Below, piece by piece: positions 20,136 to 31,535 of a stretch of 64,000 nt of DNA (position 1 is the first letter of the stretch; each line of letters opens with the position of its first letter). The DNA is taken from positions 50,505 to 114,504 of the forward strand of contig JAZRYD010000018.1 in assembly GCA_045600535.1 (NCBI GenBank), given 5' to 3'. The notes under the pieces are model-generated. The model was not told the origin of the DNA. It made no database searches and saw nothing but the letters and a program-made list of their open reading frames with translations. The DNA is from Acutalibacteraceae bacterium (GTDB lineage: Bacteria > Bacillota > Clostridia > Oscillospirales > Acutalibacteraceae). Made by a program: the position numbers and the translations under genes.

Positions 20136-20846
20136 TTAGTATCCGTTTATCTCTTTTCGCTGCATAGCCCCGAGAATTTTACTGCGCACATCGCCGTATT
20201 TTTTCTCCATAGAGCTTAAAAATTCCTTGACCTCCTGCCGCTCCGTTGCTCCGTCGGCAGGGCATCTGCTTTCGATTACCGGCAGATTTTCTTTTCTTGC
20301 GGCTCTTGCACAGTCGCTTTCCCTTGCGAATATCATCGGTCTTATCATATATAAATCTTTTCTTGAAAGATAAGTTACGGGCATAAAGCAGTCAAGCGTT
20401 CCGCCGTTGAAAAGATTCATTATGAATGTTTCCGCAACATCGTCAAGATGATGACCGAGTGCAATTTTATTGCAGCCCGCTTCCTTTGCGGCATCGTGGA
20501 GCGCACCGCGGCGCATTCTTGCACAGAGCGAACACGGGTTGCTTTCTTTTCTTATATCGAATATAAGCTCTGCAAGCTGAGTGCGCTTGATTATATATTC
20601 AACCTCAAGCTTTCCGCAAAGCTCTTCTATGCCCGAATAATCGCCGTCCTCACCGCCGAAGCGGGGGTCAATCGTTATCGCAACAAGCTCGAATTTTGCG
20701 GGATAGAATTTTCTGAGCATTGCCATTGCGGCAAGCAGACTGACGGAATCCTTTCCGCCCGAAACGCCGACGGCAATTCTGTCGCCGTCCTGTATCATAT
20801 CATACTGCTGACACGCCGCCCTCATATGGCTCAATAGCTTCTGCAT
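20136..20846 (-). CDS. ttcA: tRNA 2-thiocytidine biosynthesis protein TtcA family
   Basis: PP-loop SGGKDS, PCSLCARMRRG, LGHH.DD, IRP. Confidence 0.88.
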   Translation of the reverse strand: MQKLLSHMRAACQQYDMIQDGDRIAVGVSGGKDSVSLLAAMAMLRKFYPAKFELVAITIDPRFGGEDGDYSGIEELCGKLEVEYIIKRTQLAELIFDIRKESNPCSLCARMRRGALHDAAKEAGCNKIALGHHLDDVAETFIMNLFNGGTLDCFMPVTYLSRKDLYMIRPMIFARESDCARAARKENLPVIESRCPADGATERQEVKEFLSSMEKKYGDVRSKILGAMQRKEINGY

Positions 20847-20860
20847 ATATTTATACCTTA

Positions 20861-21631
20861 TTATTCTATATTGACGGGCTCAACGCCGAGCACCTTGCCC
20901 GTTTTATTTTCAATCTCAAAAATACAGCCGTTCATCATGCACGCACCCTCGGCAGGGTCAAACCTCGCCGGCATACCCGTTCTGAGCCATTCGACCGAAA
21001 TTTCGGGTTTTACGCCGAGAGCAGAATTTTTAACGCCCGTCATTCCTATATCGGTTATATATGCCGTACCCTTGGGAAGAATACCTGCATCCGCCGTAAG
21101 CACGTGGGTGTGAGTTCCGTAAACCGCCGAAACCCTGCCGTCAAGATAAAATCCCATGGCACGCTTTTCCGCGGTTGCCTCGGCATGAAAATCAACAAGG
21201 ATTATTTTGCAGTCCGAGAGCTTCGGCAGAATTTCATCAACAACGGTGAACGGATTATCGCATCTGTCCATATAAACCGTACCGGAAAGATTGATGATTC
21301 CGACCTTGGCAAATCCCATATCTACAACCGACCAGCCTCTGCCGGGGTTGCCCTTATAAAAATTTGCGGGGCGTATTATATCCTCACGCTCATCGAGCAT
21401 ATCATAAAACTCTTTGCGGCGGTAAACATGGTTTCCCGTTGTGATAAAATCAACGCCGCTGTCAAAAAGATAATTTGCCGAAGCAGGCGTTATTCCGTTG
21501 CCGACAGCCGAATTTTCGCCGTTTGCAATGCAAAAATCAATTCCCTTGACCTTTTTGAATGTCGGCAGAACGCTGCGCAGAAATTCACAGCCGACTGCCG
21601 AAACAACATCTCCGATAACGAGAATATTCAT
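20861..21631 (-). CDS. ymdB: YmdB-family metallophosphoesterase
   Basis: IGDVV, ANGENSA, TTGNH, VDFHAEATAEK, GTHTHV, TDIGMTG; downstream of rny. Confidence 0.93.
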   Translation of the reverse strand: MNILVIGDVVSAVGCEFLRSVLPTFKKVKGIDFCIANGENSAVGNGITPASANYLFDSGVDFITTGNHVYRRKEFYDMLDEREDIIRPANFYKGNPGRGWSVVDMGFAKVGIINLSGTVYMDRCDNPFTVVDEILPKLSDCKIILVDFHAEATAEKRAMGFYLDGRVSAVYGTHTHVLTADAGILPKGTAYITDIGMTGVKNSALGVKPEISVEWLRTGMPARFDPAEGACMMNGCIFEIENKTGKVLGVEPVNIE

Positions 21632-21685
21632 ATATTTTCCTCAATGCAAAAGGGGAACCGCCTCGGCAGTTCCCCCTGATTTTGA

Positions 21686-23245
21686 TTATTTTGCGAAATC
21701 CGTGGCTCTGCTCTCCCTTATGAGATTAACCTTAATCTGACCGGGATATTCCATACTTTCTTCAATCTTTTTGGCAATATCTCTTGCAAGAAGAACCATT
21801 TTATCATCGTTGACTTCGTCGGGCTTAACCATAATTCTGACTTCTCTGCCCGCCTGAATGGCGAATGAGCGCTCAACTCCGTCAAAGCCGGTCGCGATTT
21901 CTTCAAGCTTTTCAAGACGCTTGATATAGCTCTGAACGTCTTCGCGTCTTGCACCGGGTCTTGCCGCCGAAACGGCATCAGCCGCCTGAACAAGTATTGC
22001 CGTGATTGTTTTGGCTTCTATCTCGCCGTGATGAGCCTTTATGGCGTGGAGAACATTATCGTTTTCCTTGTATCTCTTTGCAAATTCAACGCCGAGGTCA
22101 ACATGTGAGCCTTCCATTTCGTGGTCAAGCGCCTTGCCTATATCGTGAAGAAGACCCGCTCTTTTTGCAAGCCTTACATCGGAACCGAGCTCGGCAGCCA
22201 TAAGACCTGCGATATACGAAACCTCAAGTGAATGCTTGAGAACATTCTGACCGTAGCTTGTGCGGTAGCGGAGCTTGCCGAGAAGCTTTACTATCTCGGG
22301 ATGAACGCCGTTAACGCCCGCATCAATCATGGCTCTCTCGCCGGTCTGCTTGATTGTGGCTTCAACCTCTCTCTTTGCCTTATCGTATGTTTCCTCTATC
22401 TTTGCGGGGTGGATTCTGCCGTCGGCAATGAGCTTTTCGAGAGTGAGCCTTGCAATCTCTCTGCGAACGGGGTCAAAGCTTGAAACCGTTATCGCTTCGG
22501 GAGTATCGTCAATGATAAGGTCAACACCCGTTGTCATTTCGATGGCGCGGACATTTCTGCCCTCTCTGCCGATGATTCTTCCCTTCATTTCGTCATTGGG
22601 AAGCGCAACAACCGAAACGGTTGATTCTGCTGCGTGGTCTGCCGCACAGCGCTGAATGGCGGTTGTGATTATCTGCCTTGCAAGGTTATCGGCTTCGTCC
22701 TTGGTTCTCTGTTCAACCTCCTGAATCTTAACCGCTTTTTCGTGGTTAAGCTCTTCATCAAGAAGACTGATAATGTACTCCTTTGCCTGCTCCTTTGAAA
22801 AGCCCGATATTCTTTCAAGCATTTCAAGCTGGCTCTTTTTGATTCTTTCAACCTCTTCGAGACGGTCATCAACAACCTTTATTTTATCGTTGAGAACCTC
22901 CTCTTTCTTTTCGAGGTTGTCGCTCTTCTTATCAAGATTTTCCTCTTTCTGAGTAAGTCTTCTTTCGAGCTTCTGAACCTCGCTTCGCCTTTCACGAAGC
23001 TCTTTTTCGGTTTCCGTGCGCTGTTTGTGGATTTCGTCTTTTCCTTCAAGAACGATTTCTTTCTTTTTGGCTTCCGCTCCGGCGATGGCATCGCTGATTA
23101 TTCTGTTAGCTTCTTTTTCAGCCGAGCCGATTGCCGATTCCGCGATTTTTTTCCTATGTGAACCGCCGAGAATAAACGCAATTACTGCTGCAACTGCCGC
23201 GGCGATGACTACGATAAGAATTGTTAACCAAACGGGAACTGTCAT
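21686..23245 (-). CDS. rny: Ribonuclease Y
   Basis: N-terminal TM, coiled coil, KH ([10 protein letters not shown]), HD (LLHDIGK); ATG at 23245 after AAAGGAGG. Confidence 0.97.
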   Translation of the reverse strand: MTVPVWLTILIVVIAAAVAAVIAFILGGSHRKKIAESAIGSAEKEANRIISDAIAGAEAKKKEIVLEGKDEIHKQRTETEKELRERRSEVQKLERRLTQKEENLDKKSDNLEKKEEVLNDKIKVVDDRLEEVERIKKSQLEMLERISGFSKEQAKEYIISLLDEELNHEKAVKIQEVEQRTKDEADNLARQIITTAIQRCAADHAAESTVSVVALPNDEMKGRIIGREGRNVRAIEMTTGVDLIIDDTPEAITVSSFDPVRREIARLTLEKLIADGRIHPAKIEETYDKAKREVEATIKQTGERAMIDAGVNGVHPEIVKLLGKLRYRTSYGQNVLKHSLEVSYIAGLMAAELGSDVRLAKRAGLLHDIGKALDHEMEGSHVDLGVEFAKRYKENDNVLHAIKAHHGEIEAKTITAILVQAADAVSAARPGARREDVQSYIKRLEKLEEIATGFDGVERSFAIQAGREVRIMVKPDEVNDDKMVLLARDIAKKIEESMEYPGQIKVNLIRESRATDFAK

Positions 23246-23475
23246 ACTTTTCTTTTTGCCTCCTTTTTCAGATTTTTGCGGAATGCTCCGCATAAGTAAA
23301 ATGTAATTGAAAAATCAATATATGGTATCAAGCATACATAACGGCATACTAAAACCATTATATATATACTAAACTTTTAAACGGCGCTTGTCAAGTTTTT
23401 TACATCATATTTTAAAATATTTCTATTGACAATACAGTTTTATAGTGATAATATTAAGTAAAATATTGTTCAAAT

Positions 23476-23702
23476 CGTTGAAGCAGAAGGCGTTTTGCAT
23501 AAAGCTGTTCCAGAGAGCCGCTCCGTGGCTGAAAGAGCGTGCACGGCAGGCAAGGCGCTACCACTGCCGAGTGCTCTCCGAAATAAGGTGAGCCGTCTGG
23601 CTGCGTTAAAGCCTCCGAGTGCCGAAAAATTTTTCGGAATAACGGGTGGAACCGTGGAGTCTGTACTTCATCCTGTTTTTCAGGGTGGAGTTTTATTTTT
23701 TA
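23476..23702 (+). ncRNA. T-box riboswitch (Thr) upstream of thrS
   Basis: Promoter TTGACA-17-TAATAT at 23426; AGAGA and GGCTGAAAG stem I motifs; probable ACC specifier at 23560; T-box AATAACGGGTGGAACCG at 23638; terminator 23665-23702. Confidence 0.9.
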
Positions 23703-23721
23703 TTGAAAGGATTTGATATTT

Positions 23722-25635
23722 ATGGTTAAAGTTACTCTCAAAGGCGGCGTTGTTAAGGAATACGAAAACGGCACAACCGCAATGGAAATAACCAAAAGCA
23801 TCGGTATGGGTCTTTTTAAAGCCGCCTGCGTATGCAAAATAAACGGCGAGGTCAAAGACCTGCGCACTCCGATAAATTCGGACTGTGAGCTTGAAATTCT
23901 CACCTTTGACGATGACGACGGAAAACGCACTTACCGTCATACCGCTTCTCACGTTCTTGCTCAGGCGGTAAAGAGAATTTATCCCGAAGCGAAGCTTGCA
24001 ATAGGCCCCGCCATTGAAAACGGATTCTATTATGATTTTGATGTTCCCGCTCCTTTCACTCCCGAGGATTTGGAAAAAATCGAAGCCGAAATGAGCAAAA
24101 TCGTAAAAGAGGATTTGACTCTTGAGCATTTTGAAATGACTCCCGATGAGGCAATAAAATATTATGAAGACCTCGGAGAAATATACAAGGTTGAGCTTGT
24201 TAAGGAACACGCCGGCAAGGGCGAAAACATCAGCTTCTATAAGCAGGGCGATTTCACCGAGCTTTGCGCAGGCCCTCATATTCCGTCAACCGGCAGAATA
24301 AAGGCTTTCAAGCTCACCTCCTGCACGGGCGCATACTGGAGAGGCGACGAGAAAAACAAGATGCTCCAGAGAATTTACGCCACCGCTTTCGCAAAGAAAG
24401 AGGATTTGGAAGCATATCTTGAAGCTATTGAGGAAGCAAAGAAGCGTGACCACAGAAAACTCGGCAGAGAGCTCGGACTTTTCGCTCTTCGTGACGAAGC
24501 CCCCGGAATGCCGTTCTTCCTTCCCAAGGGAATGGTTCTTCGCAATACTCTTATTGATTATTGGCATAAGGTTCACAAAAAATGGGATTAGCATGAAATC
24601 TCCACTCCGCAGATAATGAAGCGTTCACTCTGGGAGACCTCGGGTCACTGGGAGCATTATCACGAGGATATGTTCACAACGGTTATCGAGGACGAGGATT
24701 TTGCGATAAAGCCGATGAACTGCCCGGGCAGTATCCTTGTTTATGACCTTGAACCCCATTCATATAAAGAGCTTCCGCTCCGTTACGGCGAACTCGGCAG
24801 AGTACACAGAAACGAGCTTTCGGGTGCGCTCCACGGTCTTTTCCGCGTAAGATGCTTCACTCAGGACGATGCTCATATCCTGCTTGCTCCCGAGCAGATA
24901 ACCGATGAGGTTGTCAGAATCGCTCAGCTTTTCGATGAGGTTTACAGCCTTTTCGGTCTGCCCTATGAAATAGAGCTTTCCACAATGCCCGAGGACCATA
25001 TCGGTTCGGAGGAAGACTGGGCAATTGCCACAAACGCTCTTGCAGACGCGATTACGGGCGTAGGCAAAACCTATATTATCAATGAGGGCGACGGCGCATT
25101 CTACGGCCCGAAGCTTGACTTCCATATCAAGGACAGCCTCGGCAGAACATGGCAATGCGGCACGATTCAGCTTGACTATCAGCTTCCCAGCAGATTCAAT
25201 CTTGAATACACCGGTGCCGACGGAGAGAAGCAGTGCCCCGTTATGATTCACCGCGTTGTATTCGGTTCGGTTGAACGCTTTATCGGCGTTATTACCGAGC
25301 ATTTCGCAGGTGCATTCCCGCTCTGGCTTGCTCCCGAGCAGGTTAAGATTCTTCCGATTGCAGACCGCCATCAGGAATATGCAAGAGAGGTTGCCGCAAA
25401 GCTTGATGCTCTCGGAATCAGAGCTTCCGTTGACGAAAGAAGCGAAAAGCTCGGCTATAAGCTCCGCGAAGCTCAGCTTCAGAAGATTCCTTATATGCTT
25501 GTTGTGGGTGATAAGGAAGCCGAAAACGGCAGCGTTTCCGTCCGCAGAAGAGGCGAGGGCGATATAGGCTCATTCTCCGTTGACGATTTTGCAAAAACCG
25601 CTCTTGAAGATATTGAATCAATGAAAATCTGGTAA
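23722..25635 (+). pseudogene. thrS: Threonyl-tRNA synthetase interrupted by one in-frame TAG (24589-24591); probably an intact gene with a base error
   Basis: TGS, editing (RHTASH, ELCAGPH) and catalytic (RDHRKLG, KPMNCP, GLFRVR.FTQDD) motifs in one frame; ...KKWD*HEISTPQIMKRSLWETSGHW. Confidence 0.85.
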
Positions 25636-25647
25636 TATAACAGAAAT

Positions 25648-25691
25648 AAAAAAGCCGAAAGCTTCACATTGAGTGAGGTTTTCGGCTTTTT
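25648..25691. terminator. Bidirectional terminator
   Basis: AAAAAGCCGAAAGCTTCAC...GTGAGGTTTTCGGCTTTTT between convergent genes. Confidence 0.85.
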
Positions 25692-25722
25692 GATATTTTA
25701 TTTTAAACGGGTAACCGAGTTA

Positions 25723-26688
25723 TCATACCCACCACATTTCGCCTGTGGATTCGGTAACAAGAACATCTTTGAGGAATGTAACCGCTTTGGAAAGTCCCTC
25801 ATTCTGACTCATAAGTGAATCCTCATGCTCGATGCTGATTGCGTAGTCATAGCCAACCATACGGAGATTTGAAATAATATCCTTCCAGTATGAATAATCG
25901 TTGCCGTAGCCTACGCTGCGGAATATCCATGAACGGTTGATTTCATCGGCATAGGGCTTGGTGTCAAGCACGCCGTTAACAGCCGTATTGTATTTATCGA
26001 GCTTTGTATCCTTTGCGTGGAAATGGAAAATAGCATCTCCCATTTTGCGAATGCAGGCAACGGGGTCCATGCCCTGCCAGATAAGATGGCTGGGGTCAAA
26101 GTTTGCTCCGATTTCGGGGCCTACCGCCTCACGAAGCTTAAGAAGTGATTCCGTGTTATAAACGCAGAAGCCGGGGTGAAGCTCAAGAGCGATTTTGTTA
26201 ACGCCGTGAGCCTTTGCAAACTCAACAAGGTTTTTCCAATAGGGGATAAGAACCTCATTCCACTGCCAGTTGAGAATATCGGTAAAATCGTTCGGCCAGG
26301 GGCAAACAACCCAGTTGGGATATTTTGCGTTTTCGCTGTCACCCGGGCAGCCCGAGAATGTATTTATCTGATGAAGACCGAGCTTTTCGGCAAGCAGAAT
26401 GGTGTTTCTGATTGTCTTATCAAAATCCGCTGCAATTTCCTTATTCGGGTGAACGGGGTTTCCGTGGCAGGAAAGAGCGCTGATTTCCATATCGTATTTT
26501 TTGATTATCGCTTTAAATTCTTCAAGCTTCTTTTCGTCGGCAAGAAGCTCCTCGGGATTTGCGTGAGCATTTCCGGGATAGCCGCCGCAGCCGATTTCAA
26601 TCATCTCAATGCCGAGCGACTTGAAATATTTGAGCGATTCTTCAAGCGAAAGATTTGAAAGCAGAGTTGTGAATACACCGAGTTTCAT
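25723..26688 (-). CDS. Sugar phosphate isomerase/epimerase (xylose isomerase-like TIM barrel)
   Basis: ALELHPG, NFDPSH, HFHAKD, SIEHED metal motifs. Confidence 0.88.
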   Translation of the reverse strand: MKLGVFTTLLSNLSLEESLKYFKSLGIEMIEIGCGGYPGNAHANPEELLADEKKLEEFKAIIKKYDMEISALSCHGNPVHPNKEIAADFDKTIRNTILLAEKLGLHQINTFSGCPGDSENAKYPNWVVCPWPNDFTDILNWQWNEVLIPYWKNLVEFAKAHGVNKIALELHPGFCVYNTESLLKLREAVGPEIGANFDPSHLIWQGMDPVACIRKMGDAIFHFHAKDTKLDKYNTAVNGVLDTKPYADEINRSWIFRSVGYGNDYSYWKDIISNLRMVGYDYAISIEHEDSLMSQNEGLSKAVTFLKDVLVTESTGEMWWV

Positions 26689-26700
26689 GGTTATTTCTCC

Positions 26701-27429
26701 TTATTTCTCAATAGATTTAAGATATTTAAGACTTCTTGCTATATCTTCAAAGCCGGTGGGTACGGGATTATCGTTTTCAACGATTACCCATTCCAGACCG
26801 ATTTTCTTTGCGGCTTTCATAACCTCGGGAATGTTGCAGTTGCCCTCTCCGAGTGCCTTGGGGTGACCGTCAATGCCGTCTTTGATATGAAGATGAACGA
26901 TATTGTCCTTTTTAGCATTGATAAGCTCGGTATTGTTTTCACCTGCGTGGAAGCTCCAATATGTATCTATTTCAAGAGAACAATAGCTTCCGATAACGTC
27001 AATCGGCAAAAGCTTGTTGCGAAGGGGCTTGAATTCCTCGGTATGGTTGTGATAATAAACCTTCATACCGTATTTTTCCATAGCGTATTTCTGAGCATCG
27101 CCGAGAATTTTTCCGGTGCGCTTGCAGTCAACCATAGTGCTGTGCGGTGCGCCGCCCACACCGATTGCCTTAACGCCGAGCTGATGCTGAAACTCTATCG
27201 TCTCTTCAAGATTTTCTTTTTTGAAATCATCAAGACCGATATGGCCGCCTACGCAGACAAGTCCGAGTTCATCGAGCTTCTTTTTGATTTTTTTTGCATC
27301 GGTATCGAAATATCCTGCAAATTCAACTCCGTTATAACCTATTTTCTTGATTTCCTCAAGCGCCTTGAGCAGAGTTTTGCTGTCTTTTATATGTTCTCTG
27401 ACCGAATAAACCTGAACGGCATATTTCAT
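26701..27429 (-). CDS. Sugar phosphate isomerase/epimerase (TIM barrel)
   Basis: VQVYSVR, GVEFAG, YHNHTEEF, EIDTYW, HLHIKD, IVEND. Confidence 0.88.
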   Translation of the reverse strand: MKYAVQVYSVREHIKDSKTLLKALEEIKKIGYNGVEFAGYFDTDAKKIKKKLDELGLVCVGGHIGLDDFKKENLEETIEFQHQLGVKAIGVGGAPHSTMVDCKRTGKILGDAQKYAMEKYGMKVYYHNHTEEFKPLRNKLLPIDVIGSYCSLEIDTYWSFHAGENNTELINAKKDNIVHLHIKDGIDGHPKALGEGNCNIPEVMKAAKKIGLEWVIVENDNPVPTGFEDIARSLKYLKSIEK

Positions 27430-27485
27430 AGCTGTTCCTCCTTGGTTTTTTCTAAATTATAACAGCGTTTAACCGTTATTTCAAG

Positions 27486-27926
27486 CTATTTGAGATATTT
27501 TTCCGCAATATCCGCGGCGCACCTGCATATTTCGGCGCAGGGACGTTTTTTATAGTATTCTCCCGTGCGGTGTTCGGGTTCGGGCGATGAAGCGCCCGAA
27601 TCGAGACCCAGAAGCTCACGGCAGATTATCGAACCGTTTTTCTCTTTAAAATTCTCCGCCGCATTCTGTATCAATGCATAAAGCGCCTTTTTCTCATCGT
27701 GATTTTTCGGGTCGGTTGAAGCGTTCAGATAAGAAAGCACCATCGTCATACCGCTTATCGCACCGCAAACCTCTCTCATTCTGCCCATTCCGCCGCCGAA
27801 GCCCGCCGCAAGTCTGATTGCGGTTTCACGGTCAAGTCCCGTTTCATCGCAGAAAGAACAGAATACCGCCTGGGCGCAGTTGCACCCGTTTTCAAATAAT
27901 TCTTTTGCAGTATCGCCTTTGCTCAT
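27486..27926 (-). CDS. C-GCAxxG-C-C family putative redox-active protein
   Basis: NCAQAV, GFGGG, VCGAISG, SIICRELL, RPC. Confidence 0.88.
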   Translation of the reverse strand: MSKGDTAKELFENGCNCAQAVFCSFCDETGLDRETAIRLAAGFGGGMGRMREVCGAISGMTMVLSYLNASTDPKNHDEKKALYALIQNAAENFKEKNGSIICRELLGLDSGASSPEPEHRTGEYYKKRPCAEICRCAADIAEKYLK

Positions 27927-27927
27927 T

Positions 27928-29679
27928 TTAAACAGTCCTTTCATTTCTGCTGTTGAAGAGTGCGGCATAAAAACCGTTTTTATTCATCAGCTCATCGTGT
28001 TTGCCTTGTTCGATTATTCTGCCGTCTTTCATAACAAGGATAATATCCGAATTTTTGACGGTTGAAAGTCTGTGCGCCACGATGAAGCTCGTTCTGCCCT
28101 GCATCATCTGTCTGAATGCTTTCTGAATTTTGATTTCCGTTCTCGTGTCGATTGAGGAGGTTGCTTCATCAAGAATAAGAACGGGCGGCAGGCAGAGCAT
28201 AACCTGGGCAATGCAGAGAAGCTGTTTCTGTCCCTGAGAAAGTCCCGAGGCTTCATCGGAAATAACCGTATCATAGCCCTGCGGCAGACGCTTTATGAAT
28301 CCGTGAGCGTGGGAAGCCTTTGCCGCTTCGATGATTTCGTCACGGGCGGCATCGGGCTTGCCGAGAGCGATGTTTTCCGCAACCGTTCCCGTTTTGAGCC
28401 AGGTATCCTGAAGCACCATTCCGTAATTTCTGCGCAGACTTTTGCGGGTTATATCCCGAATGTCAATGCCGTCAACCGAAATCTTTCCGCTGTCCGTATC
28501 GTAAAACCGCATCAGCAGATTAACCACAGTTGTTTTTCCGCAGCCCGTCGGGCCGACTATGGCAATGCGGTTTCCTTTTTCCGCATTGAGGTTGAAATTC
28601 TTTATAAGCTCTTTTGATTTATCATAAGAAAATTCAACATTTTCAAGTCTGATATACCCCTCGGCTTCTTCAAAATTCACCGCATCGGGCTTGTCGGGAA
28701 CCTGAGGTTCTTCTTCAATCAACTCAAAAAGTCTTTCAGCGCAGGCAAGAGCGCCCTGAAGCTCGGTGATAACGCCGGAAATTTCGTTGAACGGCTTTGT
28801 ATATTGGTTTGCATAGCTTAAGAAGCAGGAAAGACCGCCGACCGATATTGAACCGTTTACCGCCGCCAGCGCACCGGTCAGACCCACTCCGGCATAGACC
28901 ATACTGTTTACAAATCTTGTTGACGGGTTCGTTATGGACGAAAAGAATATTGCTTTAAGAGAATATTCGGCATATTTGCCGTTGATTTCGTCAAATTCTT
29001 CAATACATTTTTCTTCCCGTGAAAAAGCGGTTATCTCTTTTCTGCCCGTTATCATTTCCTCGGCGCAGGCGGTTTCCCTGCCCCTTGTTTCGGATTGCAG
29101 CTTAAACATACTGTATGTTCTGCGTGCGATAAATCTTGCGGCAAAGAGCGAAAGCGGAGTGAGAATAACCACAACGAGAGTTATTTTCATATTCACCGAG
29201 AGCATAAATCCGAGCGTTCCGAGAATGGTGAGAACTCCCGTGAAAAGCTGGGTAAAGCCAATCAGCAGACCGTCGGCAAACCGGTCGGCATCGGAGATTA
29301 TCCGGCTGACCGTTTCACCTGTCGGGTGGCTGTCAATGTAGCTCAGCGGCAAAATCTGAATTTTTTTCATCGCCGCATTGCGCACATCACGCACAACGCC
29401 GTAGGATATGCGGTTATTCAGAGTATTCATTATCCATTGCGCAAGGGCGGTTGATACGGCAAAAATGCCGATTCCGATAAGACAGGGCTTAAGAGCTTCA
29501 AAATCGACCTTGCCCGTGCCGATTATGCAGTCAATCGCTTTTCCCGCAAGAACGGGGATATACAGTGAAAAAGCAACGCTCACGGCGGCGCATAATACGG
29601 AGGCGAAAAGATGAATTTTATATTTTCCGACATAACGCAAAACCTTTTTTATCGTTTCGCCGTTCGGTTTTTTATTCAT
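27928..29679 (-). CDS. Heterodimeric ABC exporter subunit (TMD+NBD, consensus site)
   Basis: GPTGCGKTT, LSQGQKQ, ILDEATSSID, VAHRLST. Confidence 0.93.
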   Translation of the reverse strand: MNKKPNGETIKKVLRYVGKYKIHLFASVLCAAVSVAFSLYIPVLAGKAIDCIIGTGKVDFEALKPCLIGIGIFAVSTALAQWIMNTLNNRISYGVVRDVRNAAMKKIQILPLSYIDSHPTGETVSRIISDADRFADGLLIGFTQLFTGVLTILGTLGFMLSVNMKITLVVVILTPLSLFAARFIARRTYSMFKLQSETRGRETACAEEMITGRKEITAFSREEKCIEEFDEINGKYAEYSLKAIFFSSITNPSTRFVNSMVYAGVGLTGALAAVNGSISVGGLSCFLSYANQYTKPFNEISGVITELQGALACAERLFELIEEEPQVPDKPDAVNFEEAEGYIRLENVEFSYDKSKELIKNFNLNAEKGNRIAIVGPTGCGKTTVVNLLMRFYDTDSGKISVDGIDIRDITRKSLRRNYGMVLQDTWLKTGTVAENIALGKPDAARDEIIEAAKASHAHGFIKRLPQGYDTVISDEASGLSQGQKQLLCIAQVMLCLPPVLILDEATSSIDTRTEIKIQKAFRQMMQGRTSFIVAHRLSTVKNSDIILVMKDGRIIEQGKHDELMNKNGFYAALFNSRNERTV

Positions 29680-31400
29680 TCCGACACCTCCCCGTCAAAC
29701 TGTGAAAGGTGTATTTCACGGTAAACCGCACTTGATTCCATAAGCTCCGAATGAGTGCCGACCTGAGATATGCCGTCGTCGAGAACGATGATTCTGTCGG
29801 CGTGCATAATTGACGATGTACGCTGAGAAACGATGATTTTAATGCTGCTGCGGCGGGCATCGGCAATTGCCTTTCTCATAGCGGCATCGGTGGCATAATC
29901 GAGCGCGCTGGAGCTGTCGTCAAAAATGATTATATCCGAATTTTTGAGCAGGGCTCTTGCAACGGTGAGCCTTTGACGCTGACCGCCCGAGAAGTTTCTG
30001 CCGTTATGCTCAACGGGAGCATCAAGTCCGCCCTTTTCGAGAATGAAGTCATAAGCCTGAGCGATTTTCAGCGCTTCGTTTATTTCTTCGTCTGTTGCTT
30101 CGGGATTGCCCCAGAGCATATTTTTTCTTACCGTACCGCCGAAGAGCATTGTTTCCTGAGGCACAAGTGAAATATGCTTTCTGAGCTCCGTTTCGGAAAA
30201 TCCGGAAACATCGGCGCCCTTAAACAGAACCCTTCCGCCTGTTGCTTTAAAAAATGCGGGTATCAGGTTTATAAGTGTGGTTTTTCCCGCTCCCGTTGAA
30301 CCGATTATTCCTATTGTTTCGCCCTTGTACGCCTTGAACGAAACATTTTCAAGCGAATTTTCGGACGAATCGGGATAAGCAAACGATACGTTTTCAAATT
30401 CGATAACGGGGGCTTCTTCGCTGAGCACCGCGAGAGGCTTCTCATCGGGAAGTTCAACCGAAAGCACATCTTTTATTCTTGAAGCGCAGGCGGCAGATTT
30501 GGTTATGGAAATAATCGTACTTGCAAGCTTTATAAGCTCAACGAGAATTTGTGCCATATAGTTATAGAGCGCCACAACCGAGCCCTGAGTTATGCTGCCC
30601 GAGCTTACACGCAGAGCGCCGATATAAATAAGAACTGCAATTCCGATATTGATTATTACGCAGGTGAGGGGATTGAGCAGAGCGGATATTCTGCCCGTGT
30701 ATTCCTGAATATCGGTAAGAATGTCATTGCGTTTTTCAAATTCGTCCGTCTGCGCTTCCTCTTTTCCGAAAGCACGGATAACCCTTGCACCCGTCAGACT
30801 TTCACGGGCGGTGCAGAGAACCTTATCGAGGGCGGCTCTTACCTTTTTGTTGAGCGGAATGCAGGTGAGCATTATTCCGAAAACGATAACCGAAAGAACG
30901 GGAATAACAACCGTAAATGTCAGAGCGGCTTTTGTGTCCACCGTGAAAGCCATTATCATTGAACCGATAACGATGAACGGAGAACGAAGCACCAGCCTGA
31001 GGGCGAGGTTCAGACCGCTCTGAACGGTGTCGGTATCGGTTGTCATTCTTGCAATCAGAGTTGAAGTGCCTGCGCTGTCGAGGCTGTCAAATGAAAATCG
31101 GGTTATGTGCTCAAAGAGAGCGTGGCGAAGTCTTTTGACAAAATTCACCGAAGCCGAAGCCGCAAAATACTGCGCGGTGATTGAAAACGCAAGCCCCGCC
31201 GCGCCGAGAAGAACAAGCACGCCGCACATATTAACGATATAGCTTTTATCGCCGTTTGCAATTCCTTTGTCGATTATCGAGGCCACAACAAGCGGAACGA
31301 AAAGCTCCAGCAAAGCCTCGGACATCTTGAAAAGCGGCGCAAGCACGCATTGCACACGGCTGCCCTTTATATATTCCGTTAGTCTTACTTTATTTTCCAA
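29676..31400 (-). CDS. Heterodimeric ABC exporter subunit (TMD+NBD, degenerate site)
   Basis: GSTGAGKTT, FSGGQRQR, degenerate Walker B IFDDSS and Q-switch VSQR; TTG start. Confidence 0.93.
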   Translation of the reverse strand: MENKVRLTEYIKGSRVQCVLAPLFKMSEALLELFVPLVVASIIDKGIANGDKSYIVNMCGVLVLLGAAGLAFSITAQYFAASASVNFVKRLRHALFEHITRFSFDSLDSAGTSTLIARMTTDTDTVQSGLNLALRLVLRSPFIVIGSMIMAFTVDTKAALTFTVVIPVLSVIVFGIMLTCIPLNKKVRAALDKVLCTARESLTGARVIRAFGKEEAQTDEFEKRNDILTDIQEYTGRISALLNPLTCVIINIGIAVLIYIGALRVSSGSITQGSVVALYNYMAQILVELIKLASTIISITKSAACASRIKDVLSVELPDEKPLAVLSEEAPVIEFENVSFAYPDSSENSLENVSFKAYKGETIGIIGSTGAGKTTLINLIPAFFKATGGRVLFKGADVSGFSETELRKHISLVPQETMLFGGTVRKNMLWGNPEATDEEINEALKIAQAYDFILEKGGLDAPVEHNGRNFSGGQRQRLTVARALLKNSDIIIFDDSSSALDYATDAAMRKAIADARRSSIKIIVSQRTSSIMHADRIIVLDDGISQVGTHSELMESSAVYREIHLSQFDGEVSE

Positions 31401-31428
31401 AACAGAACTCCTTATTTATATTGGATAC

Positions 31429-31504
31429 ATTATACAATACTGTAACGGTTATTGTCAATGAAATGCAAATTTTGATTGACCGCGGCGGAAGAATGTGATA
31501 TAAT
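31429..31504. promoter_or_regulatory. Divergent sigma-A promoters
   Basis: Minus strand TTGACA-18-TATAAT (31458-31429); plus strand TTGACC-17-TATAAT with TG (31476-31504). Confidence 0.7.
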
Positions 31505-31535
31505 TCAGCTATAAAAAAATGACAGGAGATATGTT

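Noticed and set aside
23713-25635. Naturally split thrS, or genome-wide TAG recoding
   Set aside because: The break is inside catalytic motif 1, there is no clear RBS before 24616, and TAG terminates several other genes in the window
29676-30300. Degenerate Walker B and H-switch in the ABC subunit as a sign of pseudogenisation
   Set aside because: Normal asymmetry of heterodimeric ABC exporters
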